Shown one piece after another: positions 14,116 to 27,681 of a stretch of 64,000 nucleotides of DNA (positions are counted from its first letter, which is position 1; each line of letters opens with the position of its first letter). The DNA is from Octopus vulgaris. Taxonomy: Eukaryota. Position numbers and translations under genes: made by a program. Under the pieces are notes generated by a model, which saw only the letters and a program-made list of their open reading frames with translations, was not told the DNA's origin and made no database searches. The DNA is taken from NCBI GenBank assembly GCA_951406725.2, contig OX597823.1, positions 92,628,001 through 92,692,000 on the forward strand, written 5' to 3'.

Positions 14116-14687
14116 TGAATACATTAACAGAAAGATGTAGGATATGATGCCAATGACTTTGCTCATAAAAATAAAGGGGCGTGTTAAGATGGAGACGATG
14201 ACTATGAGAAAAAAATAAAAAGACGATGCAATGAAGAGGAGAGAACCAAGCGGAGGAGATAAAGGGGAGGAGTAAACAAAGAACTTCACGTATACGGCAG
14301 AAATGAAATTAGGTGAAAGAATAATTGACAAACACAGAAGAAAAAATAATGAAAAGAATGTGGGTTTTGTATGAATGAATATAAAGTCGTACTAAATGGA
14401 TTTTACAGCGAATTTAATGGTATACCTTAAGATAATGAATAACGAAAATCTACTGTCTTTTTATTGAGAAACAATAAGCACGATTTTAAAACAAAATATG
14501 TTTGAGTATTATTTTTTTTTGTATATTACTAAATTGGATTTTAATGTGGAGTTTCGTCTAAATAGGTTTCATAAAACAAGCAATTTACCTTATATTTATT
14601 CCATGAAAGAGAGGAAAGAGAAAACTTTCAGACGCACTCGCATGCAAACATATTCATGTATATACTTGCATATATTTTGATACGTCC

Positions 14688-14689
14688 TT

Positions 14690-14756
<67 letters not shown>

Positions 14757-14791
14757 TATATGTATAGCTTTATATATACTTACATGCATAA

Positions 14792-14847
<56 letters not shown>

Positions 14848-14877
14848 TATGCATATATATATATATATATATAGCTT

Positions 14878-14911
<34 letters not shown>

Positions 14912-15001
14912 ATACATATATATATATATATATTATGCATATATATATATATATAGCTTTATATATATATATATATATATATATACTTACATGCATAAGC
15001 A

Positions 15002-15038
<37 letters not shown>
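14688..15038. repeat. (TA)n array with higher-order TATGCATA/TAGCTTTA interruptions
   Basis: Seen directly. Confidence 0.9.
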
Positions 15039-15041
<3 letters not shown>

Positions 15042-15844
15042 ATCTAATTTAAGATATTCTCCTCACCTTTTGTGCAATATCTTAAATATTTCTTCTCGTT
15101 ACATTTATTTATAATCTTTTAAACCAAAAATGTACAATTTTTCTTGTTTATTGTTGTTGCTGTTGATGATGATGATGTTATTGTTGCTGTTCTCTAATTC
15201 TTGGCTGGTTCTCACCAGGCATGTGTCGTCAGTAATTACTCTGGTTAGGCGGTTGGCGATCTTTATGTAGTAAACCACACAAAAATATAATCGAAACACG
15301 GGTATGCGACTGAGATGTAGGCAGATCTATTTCTGCCTTTATAGCGCGTAAAGAAAACTTTGTTGAATAGTGCTCAGCACGTTTTCTACAGCAGCTCTAT
15401 GCGTAGGTCAAATACTGAGATTGAAAAGCAGGGTCGAATTACGCCTACCCGATCTACAAAAACTAAAACATTTTGCATTTTATGCATAGTAATCAGAGTA
15501 ATCTTCATAATGTTATTGAATTAGGTGCATATTTTGCTATGAGAAGAAAATGTTGCTATCGATCTATTTTATTCAAGGTAGGCACCTACCTACGTTGCAT
15601 ATCCCGGCGGCTCCACTCTGGTTCTGACCGTAGTCTTGCAACTAAAAACTTTCCAACTGAGACTGTCATCTCAATCATTTTAGACTACACAACACACTTT
15701 CAAACTGTCTCCCCACTTCTCTCACTCACTAACTCACTCTCTCTCTCTCTCTCTCTTCTACAATACTATTCCATGTACGTTCGAGTGAATGGAACTGTTA
15801 TTTTTTGTACATTGCCAGAAATCAGAATTCTTCTGATATATAAA

Positions 15845-16008
15845 TACAGGTTGGCTTTGTGGCAAGAAGTTTGTCTCCCAACCACATGGTTACTGTTTGA
15901 GTCCTAGTGCGTGACATCTTGGGCAATTGTCTTCTACTATAATCTCTTCTCGACCAAAACCGAGTGAATGGATTTGGTTGGTGAAACCTAAAGAAATCCG
16001 TCTTATAA

Positions 16009-16048
<40 letters not shown>

Positions 16049-16250
16049 TTATACATTTATATGTGTCTATTTGTTTCCACCACCATCGCTCGAGAACCGA
16101 TTCTCGTGTGTTTACGTTCCTGTAACTTAGCAGTTCGGCAAAAGAGACCGATAGAATAAGTACTGGGCTTACAAGCATCAAGTCCCGGGGTCGATTTGTT
16201 CGTCTAAATGCTGTACTTCTAAATGGCCGCAGTCGAATGACTGAAACGTG
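15845..16250 (+). mobile_element. SINE family A
   Basis: CAGGTTGGCTTTGTGGCAAGAAG head, CTTGGGCAATTGTCTT core and AGTTCGGCAAAAGAGACCGATAGAATAAGTACT motif. Confidence 0.85.
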
Positions 16251-16280
16251 TGAATATATACATATATGTATGTATGTATG

Positions 16281-16340
<60 letters not shown>

Positions 16341-17019
16341 CATATGTACGTATATACGTGAGGTGAGTGTGTGTGTGTGTGTGTTTGTGTCTACACGTGT
16401 GTGTCCCCTTCCACAGCTCGACCACCAGTGTTGGCGTGATTTTTGTCCACTTAACCTGTCGGTTAGAATAGGCATCAGGTTTAAGATAACTGATTCGTCT
16501 AAAATTCTTCAACGCTCTGCTCAAGCAAGGCCTATAGTCTGAGCACTGAAACAAGGAATGTATAAAATTAGCAAATTACGTAACGAAATTTTCATTTTCT
16601 TTAACAGAAAGTGTAAATGATTAATTATGGAGCTTGAATATTTACTAACGTAAGCAAGAGCACTAACAATTATGAAATCTAATGGGAAATCTTATGTCCT
16701 AGGTAAATAAAAATGATATAGTCAATCCCTAACAAAGTTGGTTTCAGTTTAGGATTAATAGGTCCTGATTCTCTGTTCCTCTGCCATAAAAGTAACTGAG
16801 TTCACATCATTGACCCTGACCGAAATCCTTGTTCGTCGTATGTTTGCATATTTTCGGCTAAGTGAGCTCGGGTAATATAAAATGCAGTGGTTTACTAAAG
16901 GAAAGCACCGGCTGCTCCGGCAATCGAAATCAAGCTCTAATTACAAGGTTACTCGCCTTCAAATGTTCTATAAAGGGAGGCTGTAATATATGAAATGATC
17001 AAGTGATAGACGAGAATAT

Positions 17020-17275
17020 CACAGATTATGTTACGCTGGTCATAACGTGCTTTAGGTTTCGAATGATGCTACGACGTTGGCTAGGCAAACAGGCCAACAT
17101 TACCCCTGGTCGAAAGGTTAGTTTCTGACAGGGGTGCCAATTTAAAACTCAGTGAAATGGAGCAATGTGAAATGAAGTGTTTTGCTCAAGAACACAACGC
17201 ATAGACCGTTGTGGGAATAGAAAATGTCACAATTAGGAAAGCAAAACCCATAACCACAAGGCAGCACCCCTTCAC
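17020..17275 (-). mobile_element. SINE family C-related, degraded
   Basis: AGTGAAATGGAGCAATGTGAAATGAAGTGTTTTGCTCAAGAACACAACGC matches the 6310-6362 segment. Confidence 0.6.
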
Positions 17276-17927
17276 AATTTATGAAGTGGCTCTTAATTAT
17301 TCTTTTTCATGGTTGCTGAAGAATTCTCCATATACACATGGCCTTTCTGTTCCCCCAAATAATTTCTCGTCTCTAATTTCTGCATTTGGCAAATATGCTG
17401 ATGCTGAAAAGTTTCCACCAATAGTTCCTGTGTTTGAACTTTTCCTTTTTATTTTGAAGTACATAATTGTTTTCTTTACGTATCACATGAGATACTTTCT
17501 CAATTATAGCATTGTATACAGTTTTAGTCACATCATGGCGCATTGTGAAATAGCAAATTAACTGACAGTTTTATGTAGATAATACCACATGTGCATTATA
17601 ATCCTTTCAACAGAAATGTGATTTAATCAACATTTTCATTGCATTTTCGTGGTTTTAAGGAAACTAATTTCGTTCATTAAATATGCAGCAGCTCGAATCT
17701 ATTTGTATTGTAAAAAGGCATATGCATATACACACACAGACGTATACACGCACGCACACATACATGCAAGATCTTCAATGCTTTATTTTTAGCTGATGAA
17801 GGGAAAAAGAAGCCAGACGAAAAATACACGATGTTATATAAGAACTATAAATCGCAGCACATTGTGACATGTTCCAAACTGGGAAGCATATCTAAACAAA
17901 TACAAAACCCAGCATTTAAAATACAAC

Positions 17928-17972
<45 letters not shown>

Positions 17973-18387
17973 TGGATGAATGCGAGTTCGTCCTTTAATT
18001 GTAATTTCTGAAGATTTCTAACGTTGTTTCTTCATAATCTACTACTGAGTGTACGAATGTAAATTTGTGTAGGCATGAACACTTATACAGGAATAATCAG
18101 TAAATGATTTAACTTCTTAAGCAGAGTTCAACAAATTCGTTCATATTTATGTAAATGGAAGAGATTAAATATTTAAATGGATTACAGTTTTTATTATTCA
18201 TGTTGTTATATAATTTGCTTCATACAAAAAGACTCAGATATTCATAATAGAAAATCGGAATTGTTGAATTGTACTCATCGGTAGCTTGAAAACTAAAAAG
18301 GACGTTAGAAGTACATAGATTTTCTATCAGTAATCATATTCTTATAAAGTGTTCGTTCTTGGAGTCATGTCTATTTTAAACAAGACT

Positions 18388-18530
18388 ATGCATGTATGTA
18401 TGTATGTATGTATGTATGTATGTATGTATGTATGTATGTATGTATGTATGTATGTATGTATGTATGTATGTATGTATGTACGTACGTACGTACGTATGTA
18501 TGTATGTATGTATGTATGTATATATATATA
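18388..18530. repeat. (TATG)n microsatellite
   Basis: Seen directly. Confidence 0.95.
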
Positions 18531-19130
18531 AATCATTGGATATTATATGGTGAATTGCATTGCATATGTGTTATGGTATGTTGTGTGCTATATATAATAC
18601 TATCCTATGATAACCCCTGCCTAGTTAGTTTGATTTCATCCTATTTTGGTGATTACACTATTTTTCTTTCTATGATATTCTACCCTACAGATCACATCAT
18701 GTATATTTGTAGCGACTTTATGTAAGTAAATCTCCTTTCGACTAAATCATATACCCCTAGAAACTATAAAATAATACATGCATTACTACTTAAAAAATCT
18801 GTTCAGTCAGAATATCTTTAACTGCCCTCACCACTTCCATATCTATTACCCCCTCTTTTCGGGTCACTTTTATCTCTTCCCTGCCTTTGATTTTAATTCC
18901 CTGTCTCTTTTTTTATCTATGTTATATGCATTTCTTAGTATTTTCTATAAATTCTTATTATTTTGTCTTCTTATTTTGATATCCTTACTTATTAACAAAT
19001 TATCCCTTATAAATTGTTATTTATCTTATTCTTAAATAGATATTTTGGTGTTACATAAGTCTATGCGAGAATTTTATACTATATCCATATAAACGTATAA
19101 ATATTTGTGTATGTGTATATAGGCATATGT

Positions 19131-19418
19131 GGAGGCGCAATGGCCCAGTGGTTAGGGCAGCGGACTCGCGGTCGTAGGATCGTGGTTTCGATTCCCAGAC
19201 CGGGCGTTGTGAGTGTTTATTGAGCAAAAACACCTAAAAGCTCCACGAGGCTCCGGCAGGGGGTGGTGATCCCTGATGTACTCTTTCACCACTCTTTCTT
19301 CAGTTGGCCTGCTCGCTTAGCCAGCGGGGTGGCGTCATTCGAAGGCTAAAACAATGCGAACGCATTGTGACCAGCGATGTGTAACTACATCTGATGGACT
19401 GGTCGGTCACGTCACGTG
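19131..19418 (+). mobile_element. SINE family C (tRNA-Arg-like head)
   Basis: GGAGGCGCAATGGCCCAGTGGTTAGGGCAGCGGACTCGCGGTCGTAGGATCGTGGTTTCGATTCCC head. Its 3' tail differs from that of the 57658 copy. Confidence 0.9.
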
Positions 19419-20351
19419 ATATATGCATACATGCACATATATAAATGTGTGTGTATCTGTATGCATCTGTACATTTTTTCCAATTCATGGCTTAAAATTA
19501 ATAGACAGTATGTATATCTTTCCAGTTATTCCATAAGTAAATGTTCTGAGTAGTCTGTATAGAAATCACTTAATAAGTAATTAACTAAGTACATGAATAA
19601 ATATTAAACTGATTCTATATAATTGTCCTTTTTAATGTTTATACTTGATATATACACACCTTTTACCTATTTTACCTAATCACCCATAATGCCACTAAAT
19701 AACATTTCCTCTCTATTAACATCTTAGGTTTCCTAGCGTCTTGCCCTTTTAACTGGTAGTTAACATCATGATTTAAAGCCTACGCCTAACCTACCCCTTG
19801 TTATAGACAGTTACTTATATACAGCTTACTACTCCTAATGTCTTATTTCCTCCCAGGGGAAAACGTATACATATGATAATATTTATGACAAGCCTAGCCA
19901 TGAGCTGTCAACTCACTCTTGTCCTTTATTCAAAATAGACACAGTCTTTCAGTCTTAGATTTAGAAGTTGTTAAAGAGATAAATGAATTAGAAATGAATT
20001 ACAATCGCTTACAACCCTATGACCCCAGAAAGTTCCATGCACTTCTTAGAAGCGTAGTCTATTCTTAGCCACAATAGCGACAGCATGAATTATTTCCATC
20101 TTCTTGCTCTTTTAAAATATTTGAGAAAAATTATATTAATGTGTCCTACAGCTTAAAATCCCATTTATTTATTTGTGCAACTGTCATGAGAATTTACAAT
20201 ATTCGCGAATATGAAACAATTCTGTTTGGGAACAGTGAATCTCGAAGCAAATGAATTTATAACAGTCCAAAAGGTTTTTAAACCAATATTTTTCATGAAA
20301 ACTTTTATTTGTCTTGAGATTCGCTGTTTCAATATATATATATATATATAT

Positions 20352-20867
20352 AGCAATAATAATTCTCTAAAAGGGATATAGACAGTAACTGCTCGATAAC
20401 ATAAGGGACTAAAGCCATCTGAATATGGCTAGGGACAGGGCAGGGTGGTGGGGGTGTTACTGTTGCATTTAGCCCCAGGCGAACATCGACGTCACCAGAA
20501 AGGCTCGACATCGAGCAGTTACTGTCTATATCCCTTTTAGAGAATTATTATTGCTTTCGAACAGATTTTCGAAATCAGCAAATGTATTTTGCTTGAAAAT
20601 CTATATAAGAAAATCCTGCAGAGTGAAAATTCGTCGAGGAAGCGGAGGCCTACCACACGCCGATGATAGGCAATACACCTTGAAACCATGGTCCGTGTGT
20701 GGTTTCCGCTTCATCGGGGAATTACCTCCCTTTGCAGGTTTAGGGCACCGTGACGGTGTCGAGCCTTTCTGGTGACGTCGATGTTCGCCTGGGGCTAAAT
20801 GCAACAGTAACACCCCCACCACCCTGCCCTGTCCCTAGCCATATTCAGATGGCTTTAGTCCCTTATG

Positions 20868-20869
<2 letters not shown>
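20352..20869. mobile_element. Hammerhead-bearing 360-nt retroelement unit (20510-20869) with an inverted partial copy (20352-20510), inserted in (TA)n
   Basis: Nested inverted repeats: 20352-20397 matches 20510-20555, and 20398-20510 matches 20757-20869. Flanked by (TA)n on both sides. Confidence 0.8.
20652..20703 (+). ncRNA. Type I hammerhead ribozyme motif (U4C variant core)
   Basis: CACACG-CCGATGA-TAGGCAATACACCTT-GAAA-CCATGG-TC-CGTGTG. Stem I is 6 bp, extended by GAAGCGGA/TCCGCTTC. Palindromic stem III and a GUC site. Confidence 0.75.
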
Positions 20870-20902
<33 letters not shown>

Positions 20903-20970
20903 CATACATACATACATACACACATACACACACACACATATATATATATATATGTGTGTGTGTATGTGTG

Positions 20971-21024
<54 letters not shown>

Positions 21025-21073
21025 TATATGTATAGGGACGAAGTTTTGTGTATATTTGTGTTTTCTACGAAAT

Positions 21074-21136
21074 GCGGTAGTATATAATATTTCAGTCCAT
21101 TGTATTTACTAATAACCGACTCATCTTCAGACCTGC
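21074..21136 (-). ncRNA. Degenerate hammerhead-like motif
   Basis: Minus strand reads GCAGGT-CTGAAGA-TGAGTC...GACT-GAAA-TATTATA-TA..ACCGC. Stem I is imperfect. Confidence 0.35.
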
Positions 21137-23261
21137 CTATATCATTTGACAAGTCTCGGGGTAACTATTAGCTAACCCTTTTATATATATAGCGAATCTA
21201 GCAGATTCAGAAAACCGTAGCTACTATTTTGCACGGTACAAGTGCTTACACTTTATTTGATATCAGCCGTCTGTCAACGGGATTCCATTTCACACAATAT
21301 CAATGTATGAGACAATATGTGTAAAACTACGCAATAAGCATACAAATATGTGAAATATATCTCTTTAATTTGAAAAATGAGATCAACAGCCTTAGTATTT
21401 TTTTATTTTATTTCGGCCGTTATTGGTGTTTCCTCAAACTTTTCTACATTTCACTAATTCCAGAGGTACATGTAGACAATCCTTTAAAATGTATGTCAAA
21501 TCTAGTAACTTCAAAGAAAGGAAAAAATCAATTTGCGTTTCACTATCAGATACCGCTTTATTTAATATCACATAAACGTCAACAGGAAACCCAGTCTACA
21601 TAATATCACATATTAAACTCTTGCGTAAGTTTACTTATGAAAACCAATACAGAAGAGATACAAATATGTGACATTTACCTCTTTCTACGTAGATTTAAGA
21701 AAATGGTTAACAGCCCTATTTGTTTTTGGTTCATTTACTATATTTTCATAGTTATTTGTATTTTATCTACAAAGACACACAAAACGTTCTTTTTTTAGTA
21801 ATACTGAGCGTGTTATATACATTGATCAGATGCTCAGCAATGCTCATGTAAACTGCACGTCAATTATATGCCGAAGATATACCGGTAATTTTAACAATGG
21901 TGAGTATCCCTGTGATAAAATCAGAAATCAATAGAGTTATCACATAAAATCGATTGTCTTTGTTAATCCTTATCTTTCATAATAATATTATGTTAATCCT
22001 TATTCTTTGTACGTCTGAAAAACATTGAAATTTATCTAAATTTCAAAATGCTAAACAAAATTTTGTATAGGAAGATTGAAGCTACAAAAAACCCCATAAA
22101 ATACAACGATAAAAGTATTTTTCATGTGGATAAAAATAACAAAAGAATTCATCAGACAAACTCAGTATAAAAAACTTTTATGTTAGACCACGTCAAGTAC
22201 ATTATCAGTTATAGGCTTTAAAACACTTACTCTGAAGCCGCAATTCAGACATACATATGGACACTCTAATTTCCAGACATTAAACTATACAGCTTTTTTG
22301 CGACTCCTAATAAACATTCTCACTGACTGCGTTGGGAAATCACACAAATATATTTAATACACACGGACAAACACCGACAAATTAACAAAATATCACATTA
22401 ATTCCAAAATAATTAACTACAGCAGGCCCTTACGCAAGTGCATAGGACACATAAAAAACACAAAACTGACATAAATAAACGTTCAGAAATAAGCATTCAT
22501 ATATATTCAAACGCAATGGTAGACGTATGATTGTTATATTTTGTTACACAGAGGTTCACCTGTATAAAAACAAGAAGAAATTGAAATAAATCAATAGATA
22601 TATACACACGCTTTCACAGATAATAGTTGTGAAAAAATGAAAAAGAGATGGTTTTATCATTAGGAATCTGCAAGAGAGACGGACACGTATATGTGGTGTT
22701 CAGAGACAGCCAGTTAGACTTAGATTGAACTTGAGGCTAACAGATAACATCATATACTATTTTAATTGTATGTATACCAATACACAGACACACATATTCT
22801 CCCGCTCTCTACCTTCCTATCTCGGTACATTTATGTACGCATATACTAATACATCTCTTTGTTGTCTACACCACCTGTCTTCGTGAATACTCCCCACCCC
22901 CGATATATATATATGTTTCTTAGATAATTATTTTTAAGAGAACTTGAGATATGTTGTCACCTATTAAAAACTGTTCTCACATTGAACGCTTAAGTCGCAA
23001 AATACGTCTCAGATTTTTCATCTTTTTTCAAGGGTTTTTCTCACTTCGCTGTAAGTTATTATGAGAAAATCTGTTTATTGGTGCAATCACTGTTTCTCAA
23101 CACATACACTAACCATCTCTCTTGCTCCGTCTGTCTATCTGTCTGTGTGTCTGTCTGTATGTCTCTGATTCTTTCTGTCTCTTTCTGTCTTTAGCTCTCT
23201 CGCTCGCTCTCTCTCTCCCTCTCTCTCTCTCTCTCACACACACACATACACACAGACACGC

Positions 23262-23528
23262 AGACTAGGCCGATCAAAGATGTACGGGTGGAGTTGGAAG
23301 ACGGAAACTGAAAAGAAGCCCGTCGTATGTGTGTGTATGTTTGTGTGTGTTTGTCTCCCACGTCCGCTTGAAAACCGGTGTTGTTATGTTTACGTCCCCG
23401 TGACATACAGTGAATAGACCGCTAGAATAAGTAACTGGGGGAAAAATAAGTTCTGGAGTTAATTCATTCGACAATGAATTCTTTAATTCGGTGCCCCAAC
23501 ATGGACGCAGGCTAATAAATGAAGCAAG

Positions 23529-23530
<2 letters not shown>
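23262..23530 (+). mobile_element. SINE family A, 5'-truncated
   Basis: GACGGAAACTGAAAAGAAGCCCGTCG and GTTTACGTCCCCG motifs. Confidence 0.75.
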
Positions 23531-23575
<45 letters not shown>

Positions 23576-23680
23576 TACATACATTCTTATGTGTGTGTAT
23601 GTGTGTAATGCATAAATAAATATTATATATGTATTATGTATATATGTACATGATATATATATATATATATATATATATAT

Positions 23681-23850
23681 CTTTTCTACTCTAGGTACAA
23701 TGCTTAAAATTTTGGAGGAGGAGGCCAGTCGATTAGATTGACCTCAGTACGTAACTGGTACTTAATTTATCGACCTCGAAAGGATAAAAGGCAATGTCGA
23801 CCTCGGTGGAATTTGAACCTTGAACGTAACGACAGACGAAATACGTCTAA
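23681..23850 (-). mobile_element. SINE family B fragment
   Basis: CTGGTACTTAATTTATCGACCTCGAAAGGATAAAAGGCAATGTCGACCTCGG. Confidence 0.8.
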
Positions 23851-23867
23851 GCCTTTTTTCTAAGGCT

Positions 23868-24250
23868 TAGGAATGGCTGGGTGGTAAGTAGTTGCTTACC
23901 AGCCACATGGTTCCGGGTTCAATCCGACTTAATGGCACTTTGGCATGTGCCTTCTACTATAACCTCGGGCCGACCAAAGCCTTGTGAGTAGATGTGGCTG
24001 ATGGAAAGTGAAAGGAGCTTGTCGTATATAGGCGTGTGTTTGTGTTTGTCCCGCACCATCGCTTGACAACCGATGTTGGTGTGCTTACGTCCCCGTAACT
24101 AAGCAGTTCGGCAAAAGGGACCGACAGAATAAGTACTAGGCTTACAAAGAATACGACCTGTGGTCGACTTGTTCGACTAAAAAGGCGGTGCTCTAGCATG
24201 GCCGCAGTCAAACGCCTGAAACAAGTAAAAGAATAAAATGATAAAAGAAT
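23868..24250 (+). mobile_element. SINE family A, near full length
   Basis: Head, CORE, body and AAAAGAATA tail all present. Confidence 0.9.
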
Positions 24251-24667
24251 ATATATCAAGAGAGAGAGAGAGAGAAAGAGTGGGGAGTGAAAGAAAAATG
24301 AATGGCTGCGTATTTAAGAAGCCCGCTCTGCAACCCTGTATTTAGGAGTTGAGGCCATTTTCAAGGCATGTTGGGCGAGTATGCCCTTGCATAGTCACGT
24401 GCAAATTAATGCACAGTAAGTTGATTCGGAAGACAGAAATTGTTGAAATATACGTTGCGCTTCAAATTATTAACGACGAAACTTTGTTTTTTTATTTAAA
24501 AACTATTCGTTGGAATTTCCAGAGAATGATAACAACAGCTGTATGCACGTGCTGTGTGAAAAACGTGAGGTCTTGCGCAAGTGTAGACAAACCGCAGACA
24601 TCTGCATGATCTCCACCAACTTACAGTGTTCTAAATTATTAACGAGTGCTCTCATAATCGTGTAATT

Positions 24668-25220
24668 ATGGGCCGTAAATGTAACTGAACTGCTTCAGAG
24701 AATACTGTTATTACTTCTAAACCTGAAAATGTAAATCAACTTTGGAAATAATAGGAAGATATCGCAAATCTGTGAAAAAATTTATTACAGCTCCTACGAA
24801 GAAACGTAACAGAGCCGACAAGGATTATTCGAGGACTGTTTCTCAACGATCTCTGTCACGAATTAAGCGTGAAGCTGTAAAAAATCCAATCCTACAAGTG
24901 GAGTACATTGGCGAAACCACTGTGTCCAGAACTACCCGATCTCATCTCCTGGAAAAGGTCAGTAAACCAGTGACATCATTTACAAGACCTCCACTACACA
25001 AAACACACACAAAATCATCTGAAATGAGCAGAAAATAACATTAGGTTCGACTTTTCAAAAAATTTTGTTTACGTACGAAACTCGTGCTACCCTTAGCGGA
25101 TCTGATTGTTGGAGTAAGGGAAGGGTTGTAAATGGGCTAGATTGTCATCAACGCTTGAGACGCCAACGCAGGGTACAGGCATTATACATACTTTGGACAG
25201 GTTTTATTGCAGGTACAATC
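24668..25220 (+). mobile_element. Tc1-type (IS630-Tc1-mariner) transposase pseudogene, N-terminal two-thirds
   Basis: Frameshifted translation MGRK...IGRYRKSVKKFI...RADK...SLSRIKREAVKNP...RPPL...LFTYETRATLSGSDCWSKG...RLRRQ resembles the Tc1 motif VLFTDExRATLDGPDGW. Confidence 0.8.
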
Positions 25221-25419
25221 TCAATTTTTGTTTTCATTGCTGTAGTTAGTACTCTGTAAGATTCCGAGATATTTATAGCTCTCTTCTTTCAATAATTTTA
25301 ATGTCTGGCCCCATGGTAATTGGATAACTTCGCTATTGACTACCTGTCCCCTTGTCATGAGTAATATTGCACACTTATCTATGCCAAAAAACTATTATTA
25401 TTGTTTTCCGATTGATTTG

Positions 25420-25650
25420 CATTTTATTTCATCTTCCGATCGAGTCTGAACCAGAGACCTGAAGGCACGTATGGTATATATTGGATGGAGAGAAACCTCC
25501 TCAGAATGTGGGCCGGCTAATGTCAACGCAGTCATTTGAGTCTCTTATATCGTTGATTTCCCAGGGATCTGGTCACAAAAAGTTGTTACCACCTTCCTTG
25601 ATCATTCCCAGGGAACCTACAACAGCAGGGTTGGTTTAATTGCCAGGTTA
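25420..25650 (-). mobile_element. R4/Dong-like non-LTR retrotransposon 3' fragment (RLE C-terminus)
   Basis: Minus translation PAVVGSLGMIKEG...IPG...HILRRFLS resembles the PVVVGALG...ILRKVL RLE motif. Abuts (TTA)n. Confidence 0.7.
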
Positions 25651-25665
25651 TTAATGTTATTAATG

Positions 25666-25760
<95 letters not shown>

Positions 25761-25762
25761 AT
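25650..25762. repeat. (TTA)n(TTG)n microsatellite
   Basis: Seen directly. Confidence 0.95.
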
Positions 25763-27312
25763 TTGTTTCCTACTCTCCATGTGCCATTTCCCAGATATCA
25801 GCAAAAGTTAAATAAATATAGGTGTCTTAGTGAAATCTAGATATATTTTGATATGCTATGGTGTAAAAAGAAAAACAGGAAAAAACAAACAACCTAAATA
25901 CAAAATTCGAAACTTAAAACACAATAACAACAACAACAACAACAACCACAACAACAATAACAGACAGAAATGAATGCCAAAAATGAAGTACAAAAACATT
26001 GAAAAATATACATGGAAATCCAGCTGAAGGTTTTGGCGGAGATTCTCATTTTTTAAATTTTATTTTCGAAACTTCAATTATTAAAATATATTCTTTGATT
26101 TCAAGTTTAAAATAGATTTGTTTTAAATCCAAATTTTCCTGTTGATTGAATTACTTTCTTTCTTTTTACTGAATATTTACACTCCGAATATTATATTTGT
26201 CTCATTTGTTTTTATCTATAGAATCGGTGTTTGTGATGTTGGTCTGCAGTTAGTATGTGTGTAATAGAATATTCTGATGTGGTGTTTGCTGCTATATGCG
26301 AATGTGAAGCGTCTGTAAGGAGCAATGTGTGTGAGTTGTACAATTATATTGTTTTTGATCTTGTACGTAATATAATTCAGTCAAACACACAAACGCACAA
26401 ATACACCCACACGCATACAAATACAATAATACACACACATACACAAACACACACACACAAACTATCAAATACGCAGCCGCAGACGCAAACACCTAAATTT
26501 TAACGTATACTTAAGAGGAGATTCAGAGGTAGTGTGTGTGAAAGAGAGAGAGAGAGAGAGTATGGGAATGATAGAGAGTATGTAAGAGAGAGACAAAGAG
26601 ATAGAAAGAGAGTGAGAGAGTGAGAAGAGATAAAGTTTAATAGGAATCTCATGATGTTTGCGTAGAGAAAGATAGCTATATATGGAAATATATTTAGTTG
26701 TATATTAGAGGCAATGTACCTATATAAGGTGCATATACATGTATGTATGTGGGTGGGTGTTCCTGAATGTATATATCTATCTATGTATCTGTTTATCTAT
26801 CTATCCATATATACATTCATGTATATATGTATATATATGTATATATATATATATATATATATGTTTGATTGATTTAAGTTTGTTTCTCCATTTTCTAATT
26901 TTGTCATATATATATATACGTATGCATATATATGTGTTTCTATAGGCATATATATATATAAATAAATAAATATTTGCGTGTGTGTATTCGTATACATGTA
27001 CACACAAACACACACTTATACGAGGAGTGCGAAAAAGCTTTTGGCTCTAAGGATTTCATGAAAGGCCTGATCGAGAGTCCAAACTTCCGAGTCCTTTGAC
27101 AGGACTTAGAATAACTGAGGGGCTACCGCAATAGGTTTGTGAATCCGAGTGAGGAATTAGTTAAATAAAATCATTATAATTGAATAATTACTCTGAAGCA
27201 TTGTGTAGTATATTGTATAAAAGATCGTGGGTACGGCCAAAAGAATTCGAAGTAAATGCAAGATAAATCACAAGAAAACAAATATATGAATTAATGTAGA
27301 CGCACCTTGTAA

Positions 27313-27681
27313 TCAATATTTCGGGATTATAACCCCATCATCGAGAATTTGACGAATGTTGCCGATGTGCGTGTGAGCGTGTGTGGGTGGACATGAGCAG
27401 AAGGGTTGCCATAGCAACCAGCTACCTTCCTGTAGTTCCTTTTTATGGTTGATCTTGGGTTTCTTTTGATGTATGAGGATAGCTTCAGAGATTTTAATGT
27501 TGCTCCTGTTCCACTGTGTTGTGTTGATGTGCACTCTGAACTGCCGAGTTTGGCATTTTCGTAGATGTTTCTTCACAGAAGTGTCTGCTTGTATGTGTTC
27601 CTTAGTGCGTACGTGCAGTTTTCTTATCGTGCTTCCGATGTAGGATGCGACACATTGGCCACAGATGATCTCATATACGAC
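27313..27681 (-). mobile_element. Penelope-like element GIY-YIG endonuclease fragment
   Basis: The frame of ORF 27313-27576, extended upstream, reads VVYEIICGQCVASYIGSTIRKLHVRTKEH...HL...ISEAILIHQKKPKIN. This carries the PLE GIY-YIG signature (VVY-x-I-x-C-x2-C-x3-YIG-x-T-x-R-x-L-x2-R-x2-EH). Confidence 0.9.
27315..27347 (-). ncRNA. Degenerate hammerhead at the 3' end of the Penelope fragment
   Basis: Minus strand reads CTCGATGA-TGGGGTTATAATCCC-GAAA-TATTG, directly downstream of the GIY-YIG frame as expected for a PLE pLTR. Confidence 0.4.

Noticed and set aside
17790-17830. CTGATGA...GAAA as a hammerhead
   Set aside because: No supporting stems.
19131-19203. tRNA-Arg-like sequence (also 57658-57730)
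   Set aside because: It is the head of a SINE and continues into the SINE body, with a TSD in one copy. Not a tRNA gene.
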